A stretch of 64,000 bases of DNA from a virus. Where the stretch lies: IMG/VR virus record IMGVR_UViG_3300026488_000015, positions 64,001 to 128,000 of that record. The stretch is one strand, 5' to 3'. Shown one piece after another: positions 41,814 through 54,500 of the stretch. Each line of letters begins with the position of its first letter. Positions within the stretch are counted from its first letter, which is position 1. The translations under genes were made by a program, and so were the position numbers. The notes under the pieces are model-generated. The model was not told the DNA's origin. It saw nothing but the letters and a program-made list of their open reading frames with translations, and made no database searches.

Positions 41814-42318
41814 ATTGTACCTCTTTTATTGTTATTTATATTTCAATCTTAGGTTTTTTGTTTAGTGTAAGTTCCCATAAAGAAAGTGAATGAGAATAAT
41901 CTTCAATATGCTGTAAAGAAGCATATTCTTCAACACATTCTTCAGATAAGATAAGTTCTTCGGAACTCATAAATAGCACTAATTTTTTTGGAAATTGCTC
42001 AAAGTTCTGCACTGATTTTAATACTTTTTTGTAATCTTTAATGAACTCAAAAATATCATCTTCTATACTTAACTCTGTAGCTGTATAAAAAGTAAAATCT
42101 TCATCTAAAGCATCTTCAAAAGTGGTATCACCTGAATCTGTTTGAAACGATTTGTCTTCTAAATCTACGAAACGAAAATGCTCATTACAATAAAAAACTA
42201 CTTCATCTATCATATCCGATTTGTTTGTTAATAACTCTATCATTTTTTGGCTTAACATATTATTTTCCTTATCTCTCTTTATATGTAATATTATAACATA
42301 AAGAACCTTTAGGCCTTC

Positions 42319-42555
42319 TTAAAGCATATCTGCAGGATAATTCTCTTGAATATATCCCATCAGCTCTGGTGGAATATTGGTTGCTAATGAATTTTCGGTT
42401 GTTATTCCAACCAATATCATTTCGCCTTCGTATCTAGGATACATTTCTGATACTGCATCATTAAAATCTTTTTGCATAGCTGTTCTATGGTATTCATCTA
42501 ATATTTGGTGGAGATATGTTTCTGCTATTTCTGTGAGTTTAACTGCTAAATCCAC
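42319..42555 (-). CDS. Hypothetical protein, C-terminal PADML tag
   Basis: Motif family. Confidence 0.5.
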   Translation of the reverse strand: MDLAVKLTEIAETYLHQILDEYHRTAMQKDFNDAVSEMYPRYEGEMILVGITTENSLATNIPPELMGYIQENYPADML

Positions 42556-42894
42556 CCTACTTCCTTCTGTAATCTGTGCATAATGATAAATTCTTCCATC
42601 GTGTCGAAATCTTTACACCACTTGAAAAAATTAGTAACGAAATAATGAAAATCGGAGACATCATAATAAGAATTCCCAAGGTCAATGATGTCTAAGCCGT
42701 CCAGCATCAAGATATAACCAGGGTACTCATTCACTATTGTTTTGATAACTGGTATGTACACAGCATCGAATAGCATCATTCTGTCAATACCTGCTTTGTC
42801 TCCACTCATAACGAATTCTTTATATTTCTTCAATGCTCTAGGAGAGTTCATAATGTTTTGTTCTTTTTGCGATAATGTGCCGTATATTTTCATT

Positions 42895-43185
42895 CTATCC
42901 CTTTATGAGGTAAATACCATTTTTAAATCCACCTAGCTTCTCTTCTTTGAGTCTTTTTGCTTCAAGTATATCATCTAACGAAAACCCTTGAATTAAAGCT
43001 AAATCTTCCATTACCTGGAGAACATCACCGTACTCTAAAATATCTTTGCATTTAGCATCAATAAGCTCATCCATTTCTTCTTTTAGTTTTTTCACTAAGA
43101 ACATCTTTCGTTGTTTCTCGCAATCACTAATATGTAGCTCTTTAGGCTCGATTATGTCGATGTACTTATCTCTGATTATTTTCAT
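42895..43185 (-). CDS. MazG-like nucleoside triphosphate pyrophosphohydrolase
   Basis: KIIRDK, LVKKLKEE..E, EYGDVLQV, K..K.GGF..GIYL. Confidence 0.75.
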   Translation of the reverse strand: MKIIRDKYIDIIEPKELHISDCEKQRKMFLVKKLKEEMDELIDAKCKDILEYGDVLQVMEDLALIQGFSLDDILEAKRLKEEKLGGFKNGIYLIKG

Positions 43186-44014
43186 AACTAATCCTTCAAT
43201 CTTTTAAATGTTTCATAATCCATTCTGCTTCTATTTCGAAACCACCAAAAGTGAGGCCAAAAATAAAGAACCTCCCAAATACCTTTATCATTTTTCACTA
43301 CTTGAATATCAATTATATCTTTATTTAATATTTCAGAAAGCATATCTTTGTATTCTTGAAGATTCTCTATCTCTCTTTGTATTTGAGCAGTCATCTAACA
43401 CCACTCTGAAGCAATTGATTGTGCTTCTTCAAAAGTTTTAAGAACTACATTTGATTGTTCTTGTTGTTCATTATCATAGTTAAATTCAAGAACTCGACAT
43501 TCATTAGAAGTTATCTCATAGACAATTTCCCAAGATGGAGAACGAACTTCTATAAGTTGCACAAATGAAAGTTCTGATTTGTCATTCTTAGTAGTAAAAC
43601 CTAAATCTAATAATTCTAGGTTGTTTTCTTCATAGTCTTTAAGTATTTTGTTTAAATCATTCATAGTCTTTCCTTCTTTCTTTATATGTAATATTATAAC
43701 ATAAAGAACCTTACATCTTCCTTAATTCTTCATCTATCATCTTATAAATGCGAAGGAAATCGATATTGCACTCATTTTTTATTTTTGAAGCATTATCATC
43801 GCACTTAGCATTATACTCGCTAAGGACATCCTGAACATCTTCTGTTAATAGTTTTGCTCTTAAATATTCTTGCGTAATTCTTAAATCTTTCTTCGAAACA
43901 ATACCACTTTCAATAAGTGTATCTATGAAAACTTTTAGGTTATTAGCAGTACGACCTGCTTTATATAACAATTCGTTATATTCTTGTGAGTCTTTTACAT
44001 CCATTATTGTCACC

Positions 44015-44458
44015 TTAAAGCATTAAATCAGGTCGAGTATTCGTTACATATTCGTAAGCATCTTCTCTCAATGTTTTTGTATCAGAATCAAAATCAAAAA
44101 AGAACGAACCATCACCACCATAAAATTGGATATGACCACTTAATAGCTCTTTACCTGATTCTTTGTACACATCATTCATAAACATAATATCTTTTTTTGA
44201 ACCACTGAATACATTCGTATAACCATAAACCTGAGGGAGAACTGAACGAAAACCTTGTACTTCATCGTGAAATTTATCTATAAATTCTCTTGCCATAATA
44301 CTACTATTTAACCCGTTAGGTGTTAATGTTGTTGAGTATTCTTTGGTGTTTAATTTCGTTTTAGCAGTAAATACTTTTTCTTCTCTCGTTACTATAGCAG
44401 ATACTTTATATGTTTGTCTTAATATCATTTCTATATTTACTTCAAAATCAGTTCTCAT
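44015..44458 (-). CDS. Hypothetical protein, C-terminal PDLML tag
   Basis: Motif family. Confidence 0.5.
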   Translation of the reverse strand: MRTDFEVNIEMILRQTYKVSAIVTREEKVFTAKTKLNTKEYSTTLTPNGLNSSIMAREFIDKFHDEVQGFRSVLPQVYGYTNVFSGSKKDIMFMNDVYKESGKELLSGHIQFYGGDGSFFFDFDSDTKTLREDAYEYVTNTRPDLML

Positions 44459-44467
44459 AATTTTTCC

Positions 44468-44743
44468 TTATAATATTAAATGTGGGTAATGTTCACCAAT
44501 AAGCGTCATTATTTGTCTGTGAATGTAAAGAGATTTTGCTTGACTTCCTATTCGGGTATTGAATGTATCTGCTATAAGATATTCTTTAGCGAAATATTCA
44601 AAATCTCTCATAAATCTATCGTCCATATACTCTTCTATACTAACTTTAATAAGTGTATCAGTACCATTAAAGAATACATTTTTAGTGTGGTGATTTGGGC
44701 TCACATTTATGAACTCAATAAGATTGTTATCAATCGTTATCAT
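44468..44743 (-). CDS. Hypothetical protein, C-terminal PHLIL tag
   Basis: Motif family. Confidence 0.5.
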   Translation of the reverse strand: MITIDNNLIEFINVSPNHHTKNVFFNGTDTLIKVSIEEYMDDRFMRDFEYFAKEYLIADTFNTRIGSQAKSLYIHRQIMTLIGEHYPHLIL

Positions 44744-46045
44744 TTTGCTCCTTTAAAATTTATCTGAAGCCATTATACCTGATACTAGACCAAATGTGAT
44801 ACCAAACATTATAGCACAAATACCGTACCCATTTAGTACCACACTTAACGCTACAGCACAACCTACAATAATACCAGTTTTAACTGGTTTTGGTATATTT
44901 TTAATTTTTCCCATTATCTAGTCCAATTGGTAATCGACCACATCGCCAATACCATCATATATTTCATTCTCGTATGTCTCATCCCAAAAATCATTCCAAA
45001 CCATTTTTATATATTCAATCATTTTATTTCCTTTATATCTGAAATAGTGTAATCACAAGCACTAATTATTTCAAAAAGTTCCTCTGAATATGAGTTTAAC
45101 GAATCAATTTCGTATGCTTGGTATTCATCCATCGTTTGCATATCTTCATCCCAATCAGCAGGGTCAAATTCTAAGGTTTCTGTGACCTCGAATGTTACTG
45201 TATATGATATTTTACGAGTTTCTGTTAAATCTTGTTCTGGTTCTTGATTTGCTTTTTCTAATGCATCTTCCATTAGGGCATTCATCATTTCTTTCTGTGA
45301 ATCTTCTAATTCTTTCATTTTTTCGATTGTAGGTATTTTTGGTAACTGAGGTTCAATCCAATCACAATCAGGACATTGCAGATAAAAATTAGGCTCGCTT
45401 ACAGTAGGTGTTAATTTACTACCACATAAACAAGTGAGTTTATGCCCGAAAGAACTATTTTGAAAATAATTGTATTGTTTTTGTAAGTCATTGTTTGTCA
45501 TCTGATTATCCTTTAATCCCAAGCATCGATGTATTCGATAGCTTCTAAATCTCTATCGAGTATTTCAAAATGGTTACTAAAACGACCAATGAAGTACACG
45601 AAATATACAGTTTTTCCTTCGTAACCTACATATCTAGGTCTTCCAGTCCTTAAGCTATAATTTTCATTCTCGTATCGAATTACATTATTCCAATGCTCAG
45701 GGTCTACATCTGTATGTGTAGTGACATAACCTTTAGAATCTGTACTCGTATATGTACTTGTACTTCTAGCTACATAAGTACAAGTAATAAGCTTACCTAC
45801 TGCAGAATGTTCTTCTACACCAACTCTATCTGCAACAGCAAATATAAGACTGAATAATATAGCACCAAATACTACTATGAACATTTTGTGTATATTGCTT
45901 GTTCTCCATAATCCAACTAGAGTCTCTTTAATATCTACAAATAACTCTAATGTACCACTAAACACATTGTTTAAAAACTTATTCATCTTTCTATCCTTTG
46001 TCTCTTTATATGTAATATTATAACATAAAGAACCTTAGAGCTTTA

Positions 46046-46330
46046 TTAACAGCGTTCACCTGGTTGTAAATTATTGAAATACGACTGAATAGCTTCGGTT
46101 TGTTCTATTCTTTCACCTTCTGGCAAGTTCCCAAAAACATTAGAACCACCTTCGTGTATATGACTCAAAGCGTGTTGATGCTCAATCGAGCCCATACTCG
46201 GGTCTATATCATCACGAAAGGCTAATCTAAGATGCCCTTTGATACGCTGTAAGTCTTTTGCTGATATTTCTTTTGGGTCATTTAATTCAAGAAAACCTTG
46301 AAGGAAGTAACAAAAATTTGTACTGGTCAT
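46046..46330 (-). CDS. Conserved phage hypothetical protein (MT..FCY.LQGF.EL type), paralog A
   Basis: Similar to 46565-46786. Confidence 0.55.
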   Translation of the reverse strand: MTSTNFCYFLQGFLELNDPKEISAKDLQRIKGHLRLAFRDDIDPSMGSIEHQHALSHIHEGGSNVFGNLPEGERIEQTEAIQSYFNNLQPGERC

Positions 46331-46564
46331 ATTAATCCTTTACTGTTTCACGGAGTTTAAGTAAATCCATTTCTTTCTTCCTGACTTCTTCTATGTTCTT
46401 ATACAGTTTGATTTTCTCATCATTATATACTTCTAATGCTTTATCAATTTGTTCTCTATTCATTTCGTTTCCTTTAAGTATCGTTTCTTCCATATTTCAT
46501 AGTCTGGTATATTTCTATCTTCAGACCACAACCGCCAGTGCAACATAATAAGTTCTTCTTCCAC

Positions 46565-46786
46565 TTAACAGTTTACTGTTGGCATACCATAGAAACCATA
46601 ATCTTCTTTGGTAGGGTGCACAGTTTTAGGTTCATCTTTCAAAGTACCATCTTCATTTACTATATGTTCAAAAACCATATTTAAGTGGTTCTTCAAAATC
46701 TGTGTTTGTTTCTCATTAAGTCCGTCTTCTGGTTCAATAAGCTCTAACGAACCCATCATCCAGAAACAAAAATCTCTAGTGGTCAT
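46565..46786 (-). CDS. Conserved phage hypothetical protein, paralog B
   Basis: MTTRDFCFWMMGSLEL...ILKNHL. Confidence 0.55.
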   Translation of the reverse strand: MTTRDFCFWMMGSLELIEPEDGLNEKQTQILKNHLNMVFEHIVNEDGTLKDEPKTVHPTKEDYGFYGMPTVNC

Positions 46787-46795
46787 ATTTTTCCT

Positions 46796-47305
46796 TTATA
46801 TGTTAGTTAAGAATTGTAAACATACCATTCTAATTTTTAACATTACAATTTCTTGTTTCATTGTAATTTCTCTGTTTTGTGCTAATTGAATCATCATATC
46901 TAATGTGTTACGAACATATTTTTCTTTAGGTTCATCAGAAATGTTTGAGAGCCTATCACATAATTTTACTTCAAAAGCGCCATCAGTCATTTCAGACATT
47001 TCAGAAATAAGATAAGTGTTTTTACCTAATCTTTTGGTTTCTTTTTCATCCGAAGTGAGTTCTTGTACCATATCAGCAATCGTTTCACCAAATTCTCTAC
47101 TAATATCTGAATGAGATACATCGCAATCTTCAATAGTATCGTGTAAAAATGCTACTGACATCAATACACCATCTGAACCGAAATGCTTCTCAACTCTTTT
47201 AGCAACATCCATCGGATGAACTATATAAGGCAACTTTGAACCTCTTCTGATTTGACCTTCGTGTGCTTTCGTTGCAAATAATAATGCTCTTTCAATAAAT
47301 CTCAT
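46796..47305 (-). CDS. HD-domain hydrolase, Mesh1/SpoT-like (p)ppGpp hydrolase
   Basis: A..FA..AH.GQ.R....PYIVHP, LHDTIED, FG..IA..V..LT, VKLCDRLSN. Confidence 0.88.
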   Translation of the reverse strand: MRFIERALLFATKAHEGQIRRGSKLPYIVHPMDVAKRVEKHFGSDGVLMSVAFLHDTIEDCDVSHSDISREFGETIADMVQELTSDEKETKRLGKNTYLISEMSEMTDGAFEVKLCDRLSNISDEPKEKYVRNTLDMMIQLAQNREITMKQEIVMLKIRMVCLQFLTNI

Positions 47306-47360
47306 AATTTCTTTCCTTCTTTATATGTAATATTATAACATATCTTTACTTAAAGCTCTA

Positions 47361-47870
47361 TTAAAGAAGGTCTGCGTATTTACCTAGTTTTCGTTTTAGT
47401 TTTCTGTTATTGAATTCATCAAATGCTTCTAATAGGTTTTCATCGTAATCTAAGGCGTTCTTTTTGAGTTCTTTTTGTACTCGTTTGTCGCCGAACATTA
47501 TTTGGACTGTTTTTCTGTATTCATCATATTCTTTACCTTTTCTTGATGTCATTGACCAAGCCATTCTAAGCCCTCTACATCTACCGCTAATAGGGTTTAC
47601 TCTCTTATCAGTTAATAAAAGTTTCACTATTTCCGAATAACCATTACTAGCCGACATCTGAAGTGATTCATTACCATTATCCGATGGGTCTACTCTCTTA
47701 TCTTTCATTAAAAGTTTTACTGTCCCAAGATAACCGTGCGTACTAGCTTCTCTGATTAACCAGTTAGCATTTTCAGTTGGGTCTGCTTTTAGTCCAAGTT
47801 GTTTTACTATATAAGATTCAAAATCTTTCTCGTTTCTTGTGTATTTGTAAGCATCTACGAAACTAGCCAT
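47361..47870 (-). CDS. Ankyrin-repeat protein with GKYADLL tag
   Basis: ASTHGYLGTVKLLMKDKRVDPS and ASNGYSEIVKLLLTDKRVNP repeats. Confidence 0.8.
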   Translation of the reverse strand: MASFVDAYKYTRNEKDFESYIVKQLGLKADPTENANWLIREASTHGYLGTVKLLMKDKRVDPSDNGNESLQMSASNGYSEIVKLLLTDKRVNPISGRCRGLRMAWSMTSRKGKEYDEYRKTVQIMFGDKRVQKELKKNALDYDENLLEAFDEFNNRKLKRKLGKYADLL

Positions 47871-48193
47871 TAGTCATCTCCGAGTAAATCGGCATATTTA
47901 CCAATCTTTTTGTTCTTGTATTTTCTTATTCTATTTCTGATTTCGGGAACTGCATCATCTAAGAACTTATCGATATTATCTGGTAATTTGATTTCATTAT
48001 CGATGAACATCTGAACCATCTTAGTGTCTTTGTTCTTGATAGCCATACCAAAAGGTGAATCGTTGAAATTATTTGTTAATTCGACCCATTCAGGAACTTT
48101 AATCTTTAATATTTTCTTGGCTTTATCGTAATCACTTGATAGCACAACATCGATTAATATCTGATTTAGTGCTTTCTCTTCTATTGTCCCCAT
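47870..48193 (-). CDS. Ankyrin-like protein with GKYADLL tag
   Basis: DSPFGMAIKNKDTKMVQMFIDN. Confidence 0.65.
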   Translation of the reverse strand: MGTIEEKALNQILIDVVLSSDYDKAKKILKIKVPEWVELTNNFNDSPFGMAIKNKDTKMVQMFIDNEIKLPDNIDKFLDDAVPEIRNRIRKYKNKKIGKYADLLGDD

Positions 48194-49158
48194 TAGTCAT
48201 CTCCTAGTAAGTCTGCATACTTACCTAATTTTTTATTATTCGATTTCTTTGCTATCAGTTTTATTGCTTTATCGTACCATTTCCACTTCGGTTTAGCTAG
48301 TAACATTTCAAGAACTCTATCATCTTTCATAAGTATTTTAGCTATCCCTGGTGTTACTGAATTCATATCATCAACGATACCACTTGGTACTTGAAATTTA
48401 TCATCAGCTAATAATATTCTAACCATTTCTAAATTCCCAGCCATTGCTGCAGTACCTAGAGCACCATAATCTAAATTAGAAATATTTACATCCACATCGT
48501 ATAACCACTTAGCGATTTTCTCTCTTTTGTATTCGAGTGCATTAGCAAACCAATAATTTTCATCCTTGAATAAGCTATAACCACCTCTTATAGCAGTTGT
48601 CATTAATTTCAATAGTACATCATCATCTTTCTCTGTTTTAAATTTCATAATGTACATTTCGCCCTCTTCATCTAAAATGATATAAGGATATTCCACTGAT
48701 TCGACCACTATTCTATCCTGCTTTTGTCTCGATTTTGTGAAGTAAAATTCCGGGTCTTTCTCTCTACCTTGGATAAATGTGATGATGGTTATGTAACCAT
48801 TTTCTTTGTTGATTATCATCATATCGTAACGAGCTTTAGAATTTTTGTAAACGATTATTGTTTTGTTGCCTGGTACAAGCTCACCAGAATCGAAAACTTT
48901 TTTAATCTTCTTTAGAATTAATTCATCTTTGATACCGTGGTCACGAGCTTTCTTCTCACCGTCACGCTTTTGAGTGCTATGAGAAGATTTATAGACATCT
49001 ATATTATCTACTGTCCCGACTTTTAAAGAGTCGCTAGGTCGTTTTGCTTTGATTTTTTGGGGAGTCGGGGTAGGTTGCTCAGTCTTATCAGATGCTTTCT
49101 TCTTTATTTTAAGTGCTTCTGTTATTGAGTCGTTAAGTATTTTATTGAATGTTTGCAT
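48193..49158 (-). CDS. Two-domain protein: unknown N-terminal domain plus ankyrin repeats, GKYADLL tag
   Basis: ALGTAAMAGNLEMVRILL; late promoter at 49180-49187. Confidence 0.7.
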   Translation of the reverse strand: MQTFNKILNDSITEALKIKKKASDKTEQPTPTPQKIKAKRPSDSLKVGTVDNIDVYKSSHSTQKRDGEKKARDHGIKDELILKKIKKVFDSGELVPGNKTIIVYKNSKARYDMMIINKENGYITIITFIQGREKDPEFYFTKSRQKQDRIVVESVEYPYIILDEEGEMYIMKFKTEKDDDVLLKLMTTAIRGGYSLFKDENYWFANALEYKREKIAKWLYDVDVNISNLDYGALGTAAMAGNLEMVRILLADDKFQVPSGIVDDMNSVTPGIAKILMKDDRVLEMLLAKPKWKWYDKAIKLIAKKSNNKKLGKYADLLGDD

Positions 49159-50010
49159 AAGTACTCTCGTGTTTGAGAGTATTTATATTAAGCTTGTTTA
49201 ATGTTATCGTTATCTAAATCATAGAGAGAGGCTCTTTCCCATTTCTCATCATAAATATAAATAGTGTTTAAACCATTCTCTATTTTCCATTCTAACATCG
49301 GTGCATCATCTGAATCTAGTGCTAATGCTGTATAGGCTACTTTGTCTCCAGATTCTTTATCAGTGCAAACTGTGTAAACATCCAGTTCTTCTAATTCTAC
49401 TGTACCAAATTCTAATTCTTGAAGTAAATCATTTACTTCCTGGGGTATGATGATATTCATAATAAATCCTTTGTTTCTTTATATGTAATATTATAACATA
49501 GTGTTTCTTAAACTCTACTTAACATATTTTAAATACTCTGCTCGTGTATCAAATGTTTTGCCTGATTTTGTCTGAATAAGAATATGATTATCTGAAGCAT
49601 CGTAATACTTATCATCATTTGAATTATATGTAGCATTTTTACCATATTGGGTGACTTCAGCATCCATCGCCATACATATTTTACATACATTATTCGACAT
49701 TGCTACCCAAGCACTCGATACAACAAAGCAATCTTCATCTGATTTACCACATACCTCACAAGGTCTTCCTGTAGGTTCCATTATATCTCTCCTCTATATT
49801 TTAATTCATTAAATAATTCCAACCAAGGCGTGTACATAAATGCTTCTGGATTCTCTTTGATAAGGATTATCATTACAGAACCAATATCTTTATTATTTCT
49901 TAGAATAATTTTATTATCATCCATATAACCATCGAGAATAGTATTTTCAACATTTACAGAACCAATAAATTCTCCAGTCTCTCTCGGTGGATACATTCTC
50001 TTAGTGCCAA

Positions 50011-50673
50011 TCATAATAAATCCCTTAATTTTTTCGGTCTGAAATTGATATGTTCTAAACAAACATTTACAGAATCTTTAAAAACACTTTTGTTGCTATG
50101 TGTATGTCCGTGAATATTCTTAGAACAACCAAATGAATCATAATATTTTTCGAGTTTTTTAACTCTCGGAGTGATTCTCTCATTTTTTCTATCCCATTCA
50201 TCATTATCGAATAATGGGTAGTGAGAGAACATAAATTGCTCATCGCCAAATTGCTTAACGATACCACTAAATAATGGGTCTTCAGGTACTAAGAAATGAA
50301 GCATATCGTTTGATTCGGAATCGGAGTAATCTAAAAGAAGTTCACCAGAGATAACACCTTCAAACATTTTGTATGTTTGAGAGCCTTTTCTATCGTGATT
50401 CCCCATAATAAGATATTTTCTACCATTCATACGAGAGATTGCTTCAAGATTTTTAAATGCTACATCACCAACGATTAACACAATATCATCATTAGTAACA
50501 GTTTCATTATGAATATCGATAATCCATTCCGTATGGTCTTCATAACCATCAATTCTCATAGCAGTCGCTCTCATTGGTTCAAATTGAGTGATATTTTTAT
50601 GTCCGATATGATGGTCACTACATACGAATGTGTCTAGCGTGAGCCAATCTAAATTTGTTACTTTTTTATTCAT
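50011..50673 (-). CDS. Calcineurin-like metallophosphoesterase
   Basis: SDHHIGH, VGDVA, GNHD, SHYP, NIHGHTH. Confidence 0.9.
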   Translation of the reverse strand: MNKKVTNLDWLTLDTFVCSDHHIGHKNITQFEPMRATAMRIDGYEDHTEWIIDIHNETVTNDDIVLIVGDVAFKNLEAISRMNGRKYLIMGNHDRKGSQTYKMFEGVISGELLLDYSDSESNDMLHFLVPEDPLFSGIVKQFGDEQFMFSHYPLFDNDEWDRKNERITPRVKKLEKYYDSFGCSKNIHGHTHSNKSVFKDSVNVCLEHINFRPKKLRDLL

Positions 50674-50941
50674 CGTTAATCCTTCCCTATTTCTTCTAAG
50701 ATTGCTGCACCAACAATAAAAATGCTGGATATTGCTACCATTGCATAATATGTTGTCTTATCAGCAAGTTTCTGCAACACATCTATTGTTTCAGTTCCAT
50801 AATCAGTAAACGATAAATTTACTGCTAGGGCCATCCATATGATACCGACAATTAAAAATAATGTACTTCTTTTCATATTTCTTCCTTCTTCTCTTTATAT
50901 GTAGTATTATAACATAAGCAACCTTAAAACCTTATTAAAGA

Positions 50942-51319
50942 TTAAAGGAACTCGGCAGGATTGTTTTCTATATAAGCATCGATACTTATTTTAGTGAGTT
51001 CTTTAAGAAACATTGGTTGAGCACCCAAAAGAAGAGCCTGCATTAGTTCTGCTTGTGTTGGTTCATCAAAAAATCGTATATTGTTAGGATTTTCAATGAG
51101 TGTGGATTCTCTCGTTTCAATAGAGTATTTTTCTCGGAATTCGCCGAATTTCTGAATTCTTTCTATATTTGTTCCTTGTACTTCTCGAAAATCTATGTCA
51201 TCGACATTAGATATAGTATTAGTCAAGGATACACTATCAAAACTTAAATCGTTACTGTAAACGAGACTTGAGCTATCAATTACTAAGTCACCTTGAACTG
51301 TATTTGCTAAAGCAGCCAT
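50942..51319 (-). CDS. Hypothetical protein, C-terminal PAEFL tag
   Basis: Motif family. Confidence 0.5.
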   Translation of the reverse strand: MAALANTVQGDLVIDSSSLVYSNDLSFDSVSLTNTISNVDDIDFREVQGTNIERIQKFGEFREKYSIETRESTLIENPNNIRFFDEPTQAELMQALLLGAQPMFLKELTKISIDAYIENNPAEFL

Positions 51320-51550
51320 TATTTCAGTAACCTATGTACTTCAGAAAAATGAGAAATACTTATATTCAGATAAGCTTTCTTGGTTTCCATATCTTCTGTT
51401 TTCATAAATTTTTGCAGTAGTTTTTGTGCTTTTTGAAAATGTTCTTCAATCTCTTGTGTTTCTTTTACGGTCATAATAATCCTTTATGAAACATTATAAC
51501 ATAAATGTTCTTAACATATAAATATAAGAAAACTCACTTAGAGGTATAAA

Positions 51551-54500
51551 ATGATAACTAGAAGTTTTAACAAAATTGATTTAGATTTAGCAGTAGTAGA
51601 AGCAGAGATTGCTGGTGTTGTAATCTCAACAAACAAAATTACATCGGTGCAGAGTAATTCAACTCTTACTTTGGAAGGTAATGGTACTGGAAAAATAACA
51701 CTCAACGATGATACAAAAGTAAACGGGAGCCTGAGCACTTCTAAGGATGTCGTATTCCATAGTGACTTTGCTTTAATAGCTGATGATTCTTCTGGAGAAT
51801 TTTCTAATAGAAGTGGTACAAACATAGACCATATTTGGCACAATGATACTACCAATTCTTGGAATTTTGTTTCTGATGGTACTTATAGAAAAGATGGAAT
51901 TTCAGGTTCAAGTACTTTAAGAGCTCAACACTTAGCTCTTGGTTCACATCTTACTGTAAATGGAAATACAGTTCTTGGTAATGCTAATACCGATTCAACA
52001 ACGGCTAGAGGTACAGTAACATTATCTGATGCAGGAAAATTGACTAATATCAAGGGAACATTAAATGTGGACCAAGCAGTTTCTTTCGATTCAACATTAA
52101 ATGTTGCTAGTACCACGACTTTAAATTCAACTCTTACTGTAAATGGTAGCACGACTTTAAAATCAAATCTTACTGTAAATGGGAATACAGTTCTTGGTAA
52201 TGCTAATACAGATACTTCAGTAATTCGTGGAACTCTTACATTATCTGATTTAGACAAACTTACTACTATCAAAGGTTCTTTAAGAATTAATCAAGACCTT
52301 GTTATCGATAAAGCACTAAATGTTACGAACGATTTAGTTGTTGGTGATTTCAATGATTCAAACTCTAATATTACAGTTCTAGCTGGGGAAACGAAAATAG
52401 CACAAATATCTGCATACGGGTCTAGTCAAGGTACTGGAATTGTATATGTAGGACAAAGCAGTTCTCACGGTGGTGGTATCGTTTATAATGGCGATGACAA
52501 CCCTAATTTACCTTTCAGTACTGATAGTATATCAATGTTTAGAAGAAGTTCAGGTGTAGATTACGAGATTATACACGCAAGTCACGGTTCAAGTCGAGTT
52601 TTATTCAATGATAGCATTACTATTGAAGGTACATCTGATTCATCAAGCACTATTACTGGTTCATTCCAGACTAAAGGTGGTGTAGGAATTGCTAAGAAGT
52701 TATATGTTGGTACTTCTGTTTATGCACCGACTTATTACGATTTAAACAATACTGGATATTATGGTAACTTTGCTAGTACAAGTAGAATGAATTTACTAAA
52801 TCTTACGACTCTTAATGTTTATGGTATTACTACTCTTGGTGATGCAGTTACTGATTCGACTAGAATTCGTGGTACTGTTACTATAAGTGATAATACGAAA
52901 TTAACTAAGATTGAAGGTAAACTTACAGTCGATGAAGCAACTATTTTAAGTTCTACTCTTAATGTTAATGGTAATACTACTCTTGGTAATGCAGTTACTG
53001 ATTCAACGACTATTCGTGGTACTGTTACTATCGGTGATGATACGAAAAATACTAGAATTGGTGGTACACTTTCAGTTGATGAAACTGCTACATTCTCTGG
53101 TATCATAAATGCTAACGCTGGAATCAAACAAGATAATTTCTCTATTCTTAATGGTTCTGATACTTGGTTAAGAACTTCTGGGAATACTGGTTGGTATTCT
53201 GCCACTCACGGTGGTGGTATGTATATGACTGATACTACCTGGGTTCAGACTTATGCAGATAAAGGTCTATCAGGTAGAGTACTAAGAAGTACTGTTGCAC
53301 AAGGAACAGCACCTCTTGTTGTTACTAGTACGACTAAAGTTGCCAAACTAAATGTCGATTATCTTGATGGTCAAGATATTTCATATTATAGAAATGCTAC
53401 AAACTTGAATGCAGGTACAATATCTGATGCAAGATTACCAAATATTATCACTTCTGATATAAAAGGTATCAAGTATGTGGATAGTAGTAATGAAATGACA
53501 TTAGCACAAGGCTTCGTTGGTGGTAGATTGTACTTAAATTATAGAGGAGCAACTTCTGCTATTACAGAATTATACATAGCTAATGGTCGTGGTGCTACTA
53601 CAACTAATGTTATAGCAAGACAATACACATCTAATGTTGCACAAGGAACAGCACCTCTTATTGTTGCTAGTTCAACTAAAGTAACGAACTTGAATGCTGA
53701 TTATCTTGATGGTCAGACTTTGACATCTGCAGGGACAGCAAATACAGTTGTCGGTCGTGATGGTTCGGGCGATATAAATGCTAGATTATTCAAGAGTACT
53801 TACGGTACAACATCATCATTAGCAGCAACTGCAGATATTTGTTTCAGAAATAGCACTTCAGATAATTATTTAAGATTCGTAGACCACGCAGGAATAATTT
53901 CTTGGATTGGTAAAGTAAACGATTCACAAAAACTTGATAATCTCGATTCTACACAATTTTTAAGAAGCGATACAGCAGATACATACACTTCATTAAGTGG
54001 GGGTAGACTCACAGCAACTGGTACGGGTAACAACTATACTAATGGTGGAATAGAAGTGCGTTCATCGGGTAGTGCTATACCAACAATCGGTTTTCATAAA
54101 CCAGGTGCTTTCGCTGGAGAACTACAACTAAGAGCTAACAACGAATTTTACTTCCGTAATAATGGCGATACTGGAAATGCAAATGTAACTGCAGAGGTGT
54201 TTAGAGGTAAAGCAACAAGTGCTAACTACGCCGATGTCGCAGAAAATTATCTTTCTGATTCAGTACAAGTTCCAGGTACTGTAATGGGTATAGGAGGAGA
54301 AAACGAGATTGCAGTATGGACTGAAGGAATGCCTCTAGCAGGTGTTGTAAGTACTAATCCAGCTCTTATTATGAATAACGAAGATTCTATTAAGGATAAT
54401 GAATTGTATCTTGAAATAGCACTTAAAGGAAAGATTCCTTGTTTCATAGAAGGAGAAGCTAAGAAAGGACAATATTTAGTCCCTTCAAGTAATGGTAAAG

